A DNA stretch of 64,000 nucleotides, from the NCBI GenBank assembly GCA_041659505.1, contig JBAZYF010000003.1, forward strand, positions 150,026-214,025, in the 5' to 3' direction. Below are positions 9,399-21,179 of the stretch, piece after piece (the first letter of the stretch is position 1; each line of letters begins with the position of its first letter). The DNA is from Parcubacteria group bacterium (lineage in GTDB: Bacteria; Patescibacteriota; Minisyncoccia; Moranbacterales; UBA2206). Made by a program: the position numbers and the translations under genes. The notes under the pieces were generated by a model. The model was not told the DNA's origin. It worked only from the letters and a program-made list of their open reading frames with translations, and made no database searches.

Positions 9399-10871
9399 AT
9401 GAAGAAAAAAACCTTCATTTTGTTTCTTGGACTAACCACACTTTGCATATTTGTGGGGGTTTTTCCTTGGCAAAAAGTTTTGCGCAAAGAAACCGCAATT
9501 CCCCTTTCTTTCCCTCAAGAGCCTCCCTTTGAAATGCCCAATTTTTCTGATCTAAATATTCCAGAAAAAGAATGCCCCATCACGGATTTCGGTGCTAAAA
9601 ATGATGGCGCAACACTCAATACCCGTGCTTTTAATGACGCAGTCATTGAATGCGCGAACGCTGGCGGAGGCCACGTTATTGTTCCTGCTGGCAAATGGTT
9701 GACTGGAGCAATCCACCTCAAAAGTAACATCGATCTGCATTTGGAAAAAGAAGCCGAGATTCTGTTTAGCAAAGATCCGAAAGATTATTTGCCGGTCGTT
9801 TTTACGCGCTTTGAGGGCATTGAACTTTTAAATTATTCTCCCTTTATCTATGCTAAAGATTGTGAAAATATTTCTATCAGTGGCACGGGAACACTAGACG
9901 GGCAAGGCAAGGAATGGCTCAAATGGAAAGATATCCAAAAAGGCGATGCCCAAAGGCTCTACAAAATGGCCGATGATAACGTGCCCGTGGAAGAAAGAAT
10001 TTTTGCTCAAAAAGGTGATGCTTTACGACCGTTTTTTGTGGAGTTTGTCAACTGCAAAAATATCCGCCTGCTTGATTTTACCCTAAAAAACAGCCCAATG
10101 TGGTCAGTGCATCCGTTGTATAGCGAAAACGTGCTTATTCGTGGCATTCAAATTATTACCGACGGACACAACAACGATGGAATTGTCATTGACTCTTCAA
10201 AGTACGTCCTAGTAGATAATACATACTTAGAAACCGGCGATGATTCTATTTCCATAAAATCGGGCGTGGACAAAGACGGCTGGCGCGTCAACCGGCCTTC
10301 GGAAAATATCGTCATTCAAAATTCTCGCATGAAAAATGGCCACTCCAGCATTACGATTGGCAGTGAAATGTCAGGCGGAGTCAAGAATATCTACATAAAA
10401 GATTGCTCATTCGAAGATTCTGGTCAGGGCGTACGCGTAAAATCTCTGCCGGGACGCGGTGGTTATGTGGAAAACATTTGGGCCGGAGGCATCCAGATGA
10501 ATAACATTGAAAGTGCCGCTTTGCAATTCGACATGAACTATGACTCTTCCACTAATAAACCTTCCACAAGCGCCTTACCACGAATTGATAATATCTATAT
10601 CGATCAAATTAATGTTATAGGAAATTCGCCAAAATATTTAGTAAAAATTGACGGTCTACCAGAACAGCCGATAGAAAATGTCACCATAGCTAACGTTACC
10701 GCTAAATCAGAAAAAGGCATTGTGATTGGCAATGCCAGGCAAATTGACCTAGTAAATATTGCATTTTCCGCTAAAAAGAAACCTTATTTTCAATTTACTA
10801 ACGTAACAGAACTAACCCTAGCTAACGCCACTTGCAAAAAAAGCGACTCGAGCTGTGTGGAAATGAAATAA
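9399..10871 (+). CDS. Secreted glycoside hydrolase family 28-like (polygalacturonase/pectin-lyase-fold beta-helix) protein
   Basis: N-terminal signal/TM segment, then a GH28-type N-terminal signature (NTRAFNDAVIECANAGGGHVIVPAGKWLTGAIHLKSNIDLHLE) and repetitive beta-helix-type segments. Confidence 0.65.
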   Translation: MKKKTFILFLGLTTLCIFVGVFPWQKVLRKETAIPLSFPQEPPFEMPNFSDLNIPEKECPITDFGAKNDGATLNTRAFNDAVIECANAGGGHVIVPAGKWLTGAIHLKSNIDLHLEKEAEILFSKDPKDYLPVVFTRFEGIELLNYSPFIYAKDCENISISGTGTLDGQGKEWLKWKDIQKGDAQRLYKMADDNVPVEERIFAQKGDALRPFFVEFVNCKNIRLLDFTLKNSPMWSVHPLYSENVLIRGIQIITDGHNNDGIVIDSSKYVLVDNTYLETGDDSISIKSGVDKDGWRVNRPSENIVIQNSRMKNGHSSITIGSEMSGGVKNIYIKDCSFEDSGQGVRVKSLPGRGGYVENIWAGGIQMNNIESAALQFDMNYDSSTNKPSTSALPRIDNIYIDQINVIGNSPKYLVKIDGLPEQPIENVTIANVTAKSEKGIVIGNARQIDLVNIAFSAKKKPYFQFTNVTELTLANATCKKSDSSCVEMK

Positions 10872-10890
10872 ACGCTCAAGTCTTCTCCTT

Positions 10891-12478
<1,588 letters not shown>

Positions 12479-12498
12479 ACTTTAAAAATTTCAAAAAT

Positions 12499-14313
12499 AT
12501 GAAAGACCATATTGCCATTTTGGATTTCGGTTCGCAGTATATGCATCTCATTGCGCGCAATATCCGTGAGATGAATGTACTGGCTAAGATCTATCCCCAT
12601 GACGTTTCTGCGGAAAAATTAACCACTGCCAGTGGAATTATTTTTTCCGGCGGACCGCAATCGGTCTATGACAAAAATTCACTCACGGTCGATCCAAAAA
12701 TTTTAGAATTAGGCGTTCCCATCCTAGGACTTTGCTATGGACATCAACTGCTCGCCCATCTTCTAGGCGGGCAAGTGAAGCCGGGACGCATAAGAGAATA
12801 TGGTCGAGCTAAGTTAGCGCTGAAAGATAAGACGGCGCTTTTTAGAAACATCCGGCGGACAACAAAAGTCTGGATGAGTCATGGCGACTCCGTCTCGAAA
12901 GTTCCCAAAAATTTCTCCATCACTGCTTCCACGCAGGATTGTCCAGTGACTGCGATGGCCGATGAAAAAAATAATTTCTACGGATTGCAATTCCATCCGG
13001 AAGTCGACCACACGCTCGAAGGCAAAAAGATGCTGGAAAATTTTGTTTTGAAAATTGCCAAGGCGCAGAAAAATTGGGAGATCAAAGATCTGGTCGCCCA
13101 TCTCGTGGATAAGATCAAAAAACAGGTCGGTAAGAAAAAAGTCTTCGTTCTGGTGAGCGGCGGCGTGGATTCCAATGTCGCTTTTGCCCTGTTGACCAAA
13201 GCTTTGGGAAAAGCACGGGTGAAAGGGCTCTATATCGACACTGGGTTTATGCGTCAAGATGAATCCCAAGAAATCATCAAAAATTTTAAAAAGATCGGTT
13301 TTGATAATTTGGAAGTGATCGATGCGAGCGCTACTTTTTTTGAAAATTTGAAAGGGATCTACGAACCGGAAAATAAACGAAAGATCATCGGCCAGACTTT
13401 CTTGGATATCAAAGACAGTGTCACAAAAAAATTAAAATTGAACGACAAGGAATGGCTCTTGGGACAAGGCACGATCTACCCTGACACGATCGAATCAGGC
13501 GGGACGAAAAATTCCGACAAGATTAAAACGCACCATAACCGCGTCGATGCTATCCAAAAAATGATCGACGAAGGTTTGGTCGTCGAACCCCTGGTCGATT
13601 TCTATAAATATGAAGTACGCCAAATCGGCAAACTTCTAAAACTCCCAAAAAATTTGATCGAACGCCATCCTTTTCCCGGTCCGGGACTCGCCATCCGCGT
13701 CCTTTGTCTTGATCATAAAATGCCAGAGGAAGACCTGAAAGATAAGGAAAGTAAGGTGAAAAAATTCTACCAAAAAAATTATCCCGAGATGGGATCAGCG
13801 CTCCTACCTATCCGCTCAGTCGGCGTCCAGGGCGACAACCGCACCTATGCACATCCCCTCGCCATCTGGAAAGAATCAGCCTGGAAAAAACTGGACCAAA
13901 TTTCAGTCAATACGACCAATTCCGTCCACGAAGTCAATCGCGTCGTCCTACTTTTGAATCCTGGGAAAAAACCTGTTTTTCAACTGATCAAAAAAGATGC
14001 TTATCTGACCGAGAAACGCACAGAAACGCTCCGTGAGATAGATGCGATCGTGACTAAAAATATCCGCGCAACCAAAATCTATGGACAGATCTGGCAATTC
14101 CCCGTCGTCCTCATCCCCATCACTGATGGAAGTGGCAAAGAATCGATCGTCTTGCGCCCGGTCAACACCCGTGACGCGATGACGCTAAATTTTTACCAGA
14201 TGGAAAAAACAGTGCTAAAACAAATGACCGAAGCCATTTTGGCTACCGGGCGTATTTCCTATGTCTTTTATGATCTGACTAATAAACCGCCAGGAACGAC
14301 GGAATGGGAATAA
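12499..14313 (+). CDS. guaA: GMP synthase (glutamine-hydrolysing)
   Basis: GATase class I domain (LGLCYGHQLL, FHPE) plus an ATP-pyrophosphatase domain (SGGVDSNV) and a GMP synthase C-terminal domain. The start is set at MKDHIAILDFG, because the track ORF start at 12445 would read through the palindrome. Confidence 0.92.
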   Translation: MKDHIAILDFGSQYMHLIARNIREMNVLAKIYPHDVSAEKLTTASGIIFSGGPQSVYDKNSLTVDPKILELGVPILGLCYGHQLLAHLLGGQVKPGRIREYGRAKLALKDKTALFRNIRRTTKVWMSHGDSVSKVPKNFSITASTQDCPVTAMADEKNNFYGLQFHPEVDHTLEGKKMLENFVLKIAKAQKNWEIKDLVAHLVDKIKKQVGKKKVFVLVSGGVDSNVAFALLTKALGKARVKGLYIDTGFMRQDESQEIIKNFKKIGFDNLEVIDASATFFENLKGIYEPENKRKIIGQTFLDIKDSVTKKLKLNDKEWLLGQGTIYPDTIESGGTKNSDKIKTHHNRVDAIQKMIDEGLVVEPLVDFYKYEVRQIGKLLKLPKNLIERHPFPGPGLAIRVLCLDHKMPEEDLKDKESKVKKFYQKNYPEMGSALLPIRSVGVQGDNRTYAHPLAIWKESAWKKLDQISVNTTNSVHEVNRVVLLLNPGKKPVFQLIKKDAYLTEKRTETLREIDAIVTKNIRATKIYGQIWQFPVVLIPITDGSGKESIVLRPVNTRDAMTLNFYQMEKTVLKQMTEAILATGRISYVFYDLTNKPPGTTEWE

Positions 14314-14328
14314 TAAATCCATAAAATT

Positions 14329-15768
14329 ATGCCAAAAAATAATATCCAAACTGAGGTGCAAAAAGCGGTCGGAGCAAAAGTTGATATTTTTACCGATTCC
14401 AACAATGACCACAGCCGCTACCAAGTGAACAAAAAAAATTATCGGACGATCCTGATCAAGAATATCCCCTTCATCATCACCTGCAATGAGAATGATAAAT
14501 TGGTCATTTTAAAAAATCAATCTATCGCCATCAAAGATGATATCATCACCGAAGTAGCGCCGCTGGAAAAGATCAAAGCAAAAAAATTTGACCTCATCTA
14601 TGACGCTGGAAAACGCGGCGGAACAGTCGTCACTCCGGGACTGATCAACACGCATGCCCATATCCATATGTATCTTTTGCGTAGCGCAATGATCCTTGAT
14701 GAAGAAAAAAGCGTCGATGAAACAATCTCCAACATGGCCGCTTGGCAAAAATTCGAAACGGAAGAATCACTTTTTTATGCCTCAGTCGGCGATCTGACCG
14801 AACAGCAAAAAAACGGAATCACCACGACCCTTACACACGGACCGAGTTTTGAGTCAGGTGAAATCGCCGCGCAGATCACCAGACAAAATCTGCTCAACGC
14901 TGTGAGTGCCGTAAGCAATTCCCGTCCGACCAACTCACCGGAAATGGTGGAAAAATTACTTCAGAAAAAAGATGAGTTCTATTCCACGCCTGCCATCTCG
15001 TTGCACTATCTTTACAAAACGCCTTTTTCCACTTTACGCAAAGTAAAAAAAATCATTGATAAATATCAATCATTTCTGACTGTCCATCTGGCGGAAAGCC
15101 AAACTGTCGCAGAAAATACGCTGCGCTGTCATGGTATGAGCGAAGTGGAAGTGTTGAAAAAATTTAAGCTGCTAAATTCCCGTACCATCGCTTCACATGC
15201 CATCTACATCAAGCCGCAAGAAATCATCGAACTGGCCGAAAACCAAGTCGGAATTGTCCATCTGCCGACTTCCAACACGCTCCATAAAAGCGGCGTCTTT
15301 CCTTTTTGGCAATTCAATGATGCCAATGGCTACAAAAACATCTCCCTAGGAACCGATAGTGTAGTGAGCAAAAACCAGCTCGATCTTTTGACTGAAGCCT
15401 ATCAGGCCCGCATCACTCATCTTTATGCGCGCCCGATCAAATATGGCACGCTATTCAAAATGATGACGGCCAATGGTGCGCGCGTCCTTAGCCTCCTTGA
15501 CCGCGGAAAAATCCTGCCCGGCATGAAAGCCGACATCGTTTTTTGGAAACTGCGCGACCGCGGTTTTGTCCCTTATGACGAAAATAATCCGGCTACGCTC
15601 ATCGGCAATCTCATCACCCATGGCGGACGGATGGTCAGAGACCTTATGATCAACGGAAAGATCATCGTCAAAGACCGCCGCCACCAATTCGTCAATGAGA
15701 CAAAATTACTAGATGTGCTACAAAAGAAACACATGGAAATGCGCGTAAGAAAAGAGAAGAAAGACTAG
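14329..15768 (+). CDS. Amidohydrolase-family metal-dependent hydrolase (possible nucleobase/nucleoside deaminase)
   Basis: The HxH metal motif GLINTHAHIHMY and 479 aa length. It lies immediately downstream of guaA. Confidence 0.65.
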   Translation: MPKNNIQTEVQKAVGAKVDIFTDSNNDHSRYQVNKKNYRTILIKNIPFIITCNENDKLVILKNQSIAIKDDIITEVAPLEKIKAKKFDLIYDAGKRGGTVVTPGLINTHAHIHMYLLRSAMILDEEKSVDETISNMAAWQKFETEESLFYASVGDLTEQQKNGITTTLTHGPSFESGEIAAQITRQNLLNAVSAVSNSRPTNSPEMVEKLLQKKDEFYSTPAISLHYLYKTPFSTLRKVKKIIDKYQSFLTVHLAESQTVAENTLRCHGMSEVEVLKKFKLLNSRTIASHAIYIKPQEIIELAENQVGIVHLPTSNTLHKSGVFPFWQFNDANGYKNISLGTDSVVSKNQLDLLTEAYQARITHLYARPIKYGTLFKMMTANGARVLSLLDRGKILPGMKADIVFWKLRDRGFVPYDENNPATLIGNLITHGGRMVRDLMINGKIIVKDRRHQFVNETKLLDVLQKKHMEMRVRKEKKD

Positions 15769-16586
15769 GATTGTTTTTCCAAGCTGCCTCTAATACTGGC
15801 CGGCTCGATGCCGGTCAGTTTTTTCATCAAAGAATATTCCAAAGAAGTGTCGGCCAAAAAATCCGCCGGCCGCTCGACTGGCATTTTCACATCGACCAAA
15901 TTGTCCGTCGAAACACCCAACGCTTCTAGTGCTTGCTTATGAAATTCATAGACGCTCATTCTTGGACCGGCCACGTGCACAATACCTTGATAGTCAGAAA
16001 AGGCTAATCCTATCGATGCCTGCGCCACTTGAAAAACTCCGAGCGGCGATTTATACATATCTGAGAATCTTTCTAAGCGCTCACCATTTTTGAGCGCCTC
16101 AGAAGCTTTGGATAAACGAGAATCTAAGCGCCCGCCAGAAAAACCATAGAGATAGCTTGGACGGATGATGCAATAGTCTTCACTTTCTTCTCGGATCAAT
16201 TTTTCACAAAGCGCTAAATTTTTGCCATAATTCGTGACGGGCACAGGAAGATCTTTTTCAGAATAATTCCCTTGCTCACCAGCAAAAATTCCATCACTGG
16301 AAAAATAGACCAGGCGCTTGCCGGCACAGCCCGCGATAAACTGGCGCATCGCTTTTTCTAAAAGTTCTTGATCTTCCACAAACTCAATTTTCGCCGACAA
16401 AAAAACCGTATCGATCTCACGGCCAGAAAAAAGTTCCTCACTGTCATCCGCAAAAAAATCAAACTTGAGCGAACCAGGAAATTTTGGATTTTGATTATGC
16501 GTCACTAAAACATCCGCGCCACTCTCCAAGAGTTGCCGCGCGATTTCTCCGCCCAAAAAACCCGCTCCGATGATAGCTGTTGACAT
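15765..16586 (-). CDS. NAD-dependent epimerase/dehydratase (SDR family, dTDP-4-dehydrorhamnose-reductase-like)
   Basis: N-terminal Rossmann motif IIGAGFLGGEIARQLL. Length 273 aa. Confidence 0.65.
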   Translation of the reverse strand: MSTAIIGAGFLGGEIARQLLESGADVLVTHNQNPKFPGSLKFDFFADDSEELFSGREIDTVFLSAKIEFVEDQELLEKAMRQFIAGCAGKRLVYFSSDGIFAGEQGNYSEKDLPVPVTNYGKNLALCEKLIREESEDYCIIRPSYLYGFSGGRLDSRLSKASEALKNGERLERFSDMYKSPLGVFQVAQASIGLAFSDYQGIVHVAGPRMSVYEFHKQALEALGVSTDNLVDVKMPVERPADFLADTSLEYSLMKKLTGIEPASIRGSLEKQS

Positions 16587-16800
16587 ATTTTCACTTTAAA
16601 CAGTACGCAGACCATGCTCCTCTTATAAACTATCAATCACTAATCATTCCTGTCTAGCATGTCCTGTCGCTCGGCGGGCTCAAAAACTGAACAGAAGCAA
16701 AATACCGATCATGCTTGGCAGGGAAGTTTTGATGCTTTGGAAATTTTTTTTGAGTACGATTTTCATCGAAACTTACTAAGCATACAAAAGTTCTTCCATA

Positions 16801-17091
16801 TTAATGTTTTTTATTTTTTTTCATCCCTTGATGCTGGCGCTCAACGTAGACAATCCGCCACCAGTATTGACCAAGAAAATAGCCGCCGAAAAGTCCACAT
16901 GCCCAAAGGATAATTTGCAGATAAGGCGGAAGATAAGAGTGTATGCCAAGATGGATATATTCCTTTGGCAAAAGACCAGAAAAAAGCCATTGATCCACTA
17001 GCCAGATTTCGATTAACCATTGGAAAGTTTCTACTAAAAGCATTCCCAGAAGCATCGCGAATGAAATATAAATATTCTTTTTGATTAACAT
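16801..17091 (-). CDS. Small membrane protein
   Basis: 96 aa with 2-3 hydrophobic helices. Confidence 0.35.
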   Translation of the reverse strand: MLIKKNIYISFAMLLGMLLVETFQWLIEIWLVDQWLFSGLLPKEYIHLGIHSYLPPYLQIILWACGLFGGYFLGQYWWRIVYVERQHQGMKKNKKH

Positions 17092-17203
17092 TGAAATATT
17101 TTAAAAATTAGAGGCAGAAATTAAATAGATCATATAGCATATTTACCATTATCCTACCACAAAAACGCATATATTGCGAGAATACACCATTCTTTAAGGG
17201 TAT

Positions 17204-18175
17204 CTATTTGCCCTCCTCTTCCTTTTTCTCAAACAGCTTCACGAAAATGAAGCGACCGATCCGATAGACGATCCAGAAGAGCAAGAGATAAAGGATCAGC
17301 GTCGGCAAAAAGGTAATGACAAAGACGATCAAAAAGTCGACAAAATTTTGCACCTTGATCACCAAAGAACGGATTGCATCTTTGGCCACCTGCAATGGGC
17401 GCCAAGAATCAGAAACAGCAATTCCAGAATCCTCCGACAGGGTGATAGTGATCGTAGACATATCAGTCTGAGAAGCCAAATAGCGCAACTGTCCTTGGAA
17501 AGATTCAATCTCCCCTCTTACGCGCGAAAGCGCCTGAGTGACTTCGATCACATCACTGATTTTTTGCGCTTGATCGAGAATTTTTTGATATGCCGCCTCT
17601 TCGACTTGTTTGTTCTTGATCCGTCCCTCCAGGTCCTGGTAGCGCTCCGTCACATCTTGACCATTAGTCGATTCGCGCACGACGGCGCTGGCGACAGTTT
17701 TTAATTCACCAAAAGCTTTTTCAAAATTAGCGACCGGCACTTTGATTGAAAGCGTTCCGCTTTTGAGCGATTTATCATTTTGGTAAAAATTAGAAGAAAA
17801 TAAACTTCCACCATTCCCCTCTGCGATCTTTTCAATTGCTGACACAGCCGCATCGACCTTATCCACTTTCAATGTCAGGTTGCCGTTCTTGACTACTTTT
17901 TTGTCTGTCAGCGACTGACTATTTTCCGATGCCTGATAAGTGGCACTGGGAGCACTGTCACGTGTGATGTTTTTTTCTTGTGCCCCTCCAGAAATCGGAT
18001 TGCTAAACGTCGTACCAGAAGACAGTCCTGTCGACATCGGAGCGTCAAGACCATCCCACTGCGCCACGCCTCCCATCTTGCTGGTGGAAGAAATGTTCCT
18101 CATAAAAGCAACCAGGACAAAAAACAGGAGAACAATAACTCCGACAACTATGGCAATTATTTTGGTTTTTTTCAT
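17204..18175 (-). CDS. DUF4349 domain-containing membrane-anchored protein
   Basis: N-terminal TM segment, a low-complexity linker, then a DUF4349-like core (LTLKVDKVDAAVSAIEKIAEGNGGSLFSS...) and a C-terminal TM segment. Confidence 0.6.
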   Translation of the reverse strand: MKKTKIIAIVVGVIVLLFFVLVAFMRNISSTSKMGGVAQWDGLDAPMSTGLSSGTTFSNPISGGAQEKNITRDSAPSATYQASENSQSLTDKKVVKNGNLTLKVDKVDAAVSAIEKIAEGNGGSLFSSNFYQNDKSLKSGTLSIKVPVANFEKAFGELKTVASAVVRESTNGQDVTERYQDLEGRIKNKQVEEAAYQKILDQAQKISDVIEVTQALSRVRGEIESFQGQLRYLASQTDMSTITITLSEDSGIAVSDSWRPLQVAKDAIRSLVIKVQNFVDFLIVFVITFLPTLILYLLLFWIVYRIGRFIFVKLFEKKEEEGK

Positions 18176-18180
18176 TTTTT

Positions 18181-18216
18181 TAAGTTAATAATTAACTAGC
18201 CTCATTATACCACAAA
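18181..18216 (-). promoter_or_regulatory. Extended -10 promoter (TGTGGTATAAT, minus strand) with the GTTAATAATTAAC palindrome
   Basis: The reverse complement of 18204-18214 is TGTGGTATAAT, about 30 nt upstream of the 18175 start. A near-identical arrangement recurs at 42255-42295. Confidence 0.5.
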
Positions 18217-18221
18217 TTTAT

Positions 18222-18884
18222 CTAGCTAAATAATTGCAACAACTCTTTCGTTTCCGGCAGTTTTGTGACAAGCATAAAAATAAAGATGTAGACCAAAAGC
18301 GTAACAACTTTCGAAGAAGAATAAAATTTGAGCGCGTTGCCCAATGATTGCTTGGGCAAAAGCGAATGACCATGCAGATTGACGGAAGAATAAATTTCAT
18401 CCAGCACCAAGTGCCCCAAATATCCCACGCTCACCGCGAGGCCTAAGAATAGTTTTTGCTCGCTTTGGATCGCCAAGAAATTCAAAAACCAGATCGTCAA
18501 AAGACCAAAAAGTACCGCAGCCGGAACGGAATGGAAGATGCCGCGATGATTGGTAAATTTTTCAAACACGTAGCCTGCGCCAAAACGGACCAGCAAAAAC
18601 ACTGCCATTGGGAACAGGACCAGCAGTTTCAATCCTCTTTCTCCGCTTTGATATTGACCCAAAAAAATTAAACCAGCCAGTCCCGCCCCCAAGAGGCCAA
18701 AAAGGATCTGAAATGGAACACCTTCATCCATATCCAGATCAGGAAGGAATGAACCGACCAGGACGGCCAAAAAAATCCAGATGATCGCCTCGGTCGATGC
18801 CATCAAGGAAGTGATAAGACCAGCAACGATAAAACCGATGCCGATAAAAACGCCGAAGCTGATGTGGGTTTTGAAATTTGCCAT
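18222..18884 (-). CDS. Membrane-bound metal-dependent hydrolase-like protein (DUF457/YdjM-like)
   Basis: Polytopic membrane protein with conserved His/Asp residues. The start is probably MANFKTHISFG at 18884; the track ORF extends to 18920 and would overlap the upstream gene. Confidence 0.5.
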   Translation of the reverse strand: MANFKTHISFGVFIGIGFIVAGLITSLMASTEAIIWIFLAVLVGSFLPDLDMDEGVPFQILFGLLGAGLAGLIFLGQYQSGERGLKLLVLFPMAVFLLVRFGAGYVFEKFTNHRGIFHSVPAAVLFGLLTIWFLNFLAIQSEQKLFLGLAVSVGYLGHLVLDEIYSSVNLHGHSLLPKQSLGNALKFYSSSKVVTLLVYIFIFMLVTKLPETKELLQLFS

Positions 18885-18889
18885 AGATT

Positions 18890-19183
18890 TTATTTTTCCT
18901 TCGGCCAGCCCCAATTCCACTTCGGCTTTTCGCCTTTCTTAAAAGCGATAGCGAAGAAGATGGCGGTCCATAAAATTACTAAGCCAAGAAACGCGTAAGG
19001 CACATCACTCTTGGGCGCCGTTGCATCGATTATCCTGGCGGAAGCGACGAGTAGTGCGACATAGATCGCAATCGTGACCCAGCCTTGCCACCTGACCGGC
19101 GTCCAGCCCCAGCCGAACCGTTTTTGCTTGAACCAGTACCCCTTAGGATTATCCTTCACGTACGCGATGTATCTTTCGAACAT
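18890..19183 (-). CDS. Small membrane protein with a Trp-rich N-terminus (GWGWTPVRWQGW)
   Basis: 97-aa ORF containing two TM helices. Confidence 0.45.
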   Translation of the reverse strand: MFERYIAYVKDNPKGYWFKQKRFGWGWTPVRWQGWVTIAIYVALLVASARIIDATAPKSDVPYAFLGLVILWTAIFFAIAFKKGEKPKWNWGWPKEK

Positions 19184-19244
19184 ATGTTTTAGTTTTAATA
19201 TTTAGTCAGTTAGTGCAAATTTTGCATTATGCCTTTTTTGCATA

Positions 19245-20075
19245 TTACTTTCCGGAACTACTTTCTAGTTTTTTCATACTTGCGCTTCCCTCGAGGGATC
19301 TCATCTGAGAAATCGCGCTTTCGTTCAATTTTAGCAAGCGACTTTTCTGTGATAATCCAGCACGAATGAACTCAGCGTTGAGGTTTTCTAAATTTGCCAA
19401 ACAAACTAGTTGCGTCACGGTGGAATAATCTCGTACATTTCCGACTAACTTAGGATTTTTATCTTTCCATTGCCTTGCCGTCATTCCGAAAAGTGCTACA
19501 TTCAAAACATCAGCTTCATTGGCATAAGTGATATCAGCAAGGTGTTTCGATAATTTTTGAGGTAAAACAATCTTTTCTTTGATCGCGTCTGTATGAATTT
19601 TGTAATTGATTTTTGTAAGCATCCGCTTAGCATCCCATCCCAAGGTCAATCTCTCGTTTTCTTCAAGCTTCAGCCGTTGAAATTCATTTATGAGGTAAAT
19701 CTTAAACTCCGGACTAATCCACATGCCAAATTCAAATGCGATATCCTTGTGAGCATACGTCCCTCCATACCTGCCAGCAGTCGCTTTTAGCCCGATCGCA
19801 TTAGTCTTTTCTACCCATTCTTTAACACTTATTTTATAGCTATTGAGCCCGGCCTGACTTTTAATTATGGCAAATTCGCCATAATTAAACCTTGGGTTAT
19901 TTATTTTTTCCCAAATGCCGAGAAATTCAACAGTATTTCTGTTCCGAAGCCAATCAGAAATAAAAAAATCTCCTTCCTTAGCTCTTAGCATATCTGTAAG
20001 GGAGATATAATCGTTATTTTCCTTAGAAATAATCGCTATGTCAATCCCCTGAACATTAATTTTTTTATTTTTCAT
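19245..20075 (-). CDS. KilA-N domain DNA-binding protein with a DinD/Bro-like C-terminus
   Basis: N-terminal KilA-N-like region (IDIAIISKENNDYISLTDMLRAKEG...) and a C-terminal part similar to E. coli DinD. Confidence 0.65.
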   Translation of the reverse strand: MKNKKINVQGIDIAIISKENNDYISLTDMLRAKEGDFFISDWLRNRNTVEFLGIWEKINNPRFNYGEFAIIKSQAGLNSYKISVKEWVEKTNAIGLKATAGRYGGTYAHKDIAFEFGMWISPEFKIYLINEFQRLKLEENERLTLGWDAKRMLTKINYKIHTDAIKEKIVLPQKLSKHLADITYANEADVLNVALFGMTARQWKDKNPKLVGNVRDYSTVTQLVCLANLENLNAEFIRAGLSQKSRLLKLNESAISQMRSLEGSASMKKLESSSGK

Positions 20076-20092
20076 ATTTTTTACTTCGTTTA

Positions 20093-20117
20093 TTATACTG
20101 ATATTATATCAGTATAA
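20093..20117. promoter_or_regulatory. Perfect palindromic operator TTATACTGATAT-t-ATATCAGTATAA overlapping an extended -10 (TGATATAAT)
   Basis: 12-bp arms that are exact reverse complements around a single centre nucleotide, with the core TACTG-N9-CAGTA. It lies 18-42 nt upstream of the KilA-N gene start. Confidence 0.55.
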
Positions 20118-20142
20118 TCATTCTTTGGCAAGTTTTTTGCAG

Positions 20143-21114
20143 CTATTTTTTCGCAATCAGATTTAAAATCAAAGCCACAACTTTCTCTCTGTCTTTAGGA
20201 TCACTGCTCGCAACCAAAATTGTGAGCGCAGTGAGGGCGGAAGGTGTCAATCTACTCACATCTAAGATGTTAGCTTGCCGCAAAAACCAGACAAAAGCAA
20301 ACGCCCCACTTCTTTTATTACCATCGATGAACGGATGATTTTTAACCATGAAATACAAAAGATAGGCCGCCTTTTCTTCGACCGTCCCGTAAAGTTCTTT
20401 TCCGCCAAAAGTCTGCATCACATTTCCGACAATTCCCGCGACCGTTCCTGCGCTCCTTTCTTGGCCAAAAATATCCGTCGCTTTTTTCTCACGAAGCAAT
20501 TCACTCCTTAGCATAGTCAAACTGTCCGCAACTTTTGTTGCTGTGAGTACCACTTTCTTTTTGGTCAGCTTCCCTTTCGGCAAAGCGTCCCGGTCATAGG
20601 CATCCAGAGAAAGCCAGGTGTCAGCAAAAAGCGTGACTAGGTCAATTGCATCGCCAGTATCGATGATTGTTTCACGCGGCAGCAGTTTTTTGATATCCTC
20701 CACCACGCCCAAAAACTGATCATAGTTTTTCTTGATCCGATTCTTGTTGATGGCAAAGCCATCGACGATGTAGCTCCGCAAGGTTTTGGTTGCCCACTTA
20801 CGGAATTCTATCGCTATCTTTGAATTAGTACGATAACCTACGCCCAAAGTAACATCCAGCGAATATAGCGTGATAGGCTTGTCAGAATTTGCATTATGCA
20901 TTTTTTGCATATTGCTTTTTTCCTCAATTTCACCGTCTTTAAATATATTCCTTATATGACGAGACACTACAGATTGGTCGACTCCAAAAAGACTAACGAT
21001 CTGTGCTTGAGACGCCCAGATTGTTTCATGTTTAAAATCACCCTTAAGTTCAATCGCTCCGGATTTAGCTTGATAGATTACTGCCCCTGTGTTTTTTTCT
21101 TTTTTTGTTACCAT
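20143..21114 (-). CDS. RhuM-family N-terminal domain fused to a Fic/Doc domain (HPFIDGNKR) protein
   Basis: The C-terminal motif HPFIDGNKRSGAFA matches the Fic/Doc catalytic motif, Doc-type with K. The N-terminal 200 aa resemble the RhuM virulence-protein family. Confidence 0.7.
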   Translation of the reverse strand: MVTKKEKNTGAVIYQAKSGAIELKGDFKHETIWASQAQIVSLFGVDQSVVSRHIRNIFKDGEIEEKSNMQKMHNANSDKPITLYSLDVTLGVGYRTNSKIAIEFRKWATKTLRSYIVDGFAINKNRIKKNYDQFLGVVEDIKKLLPRETIIDTGDAIDLVTLFADTWLSLDAYDRDALPKGKLTKKKVVLTATKVADSLTMLRSELLREKKATDIFGQERSAGTVAGIVGNVMQTFGGKELYGTVEEKAAYLLYFMVKNHPFIDGNKRSGAFAFVWFLRQANILDVSRLTPSALTALTILVASSDPKDREKVVALILNLIAKK

Positions 21115-21179
21115 AATATTTATTTTAATTTATTACAATGATATTATACCACTATAATAAATTCCCGGCAAGCGAGGGT

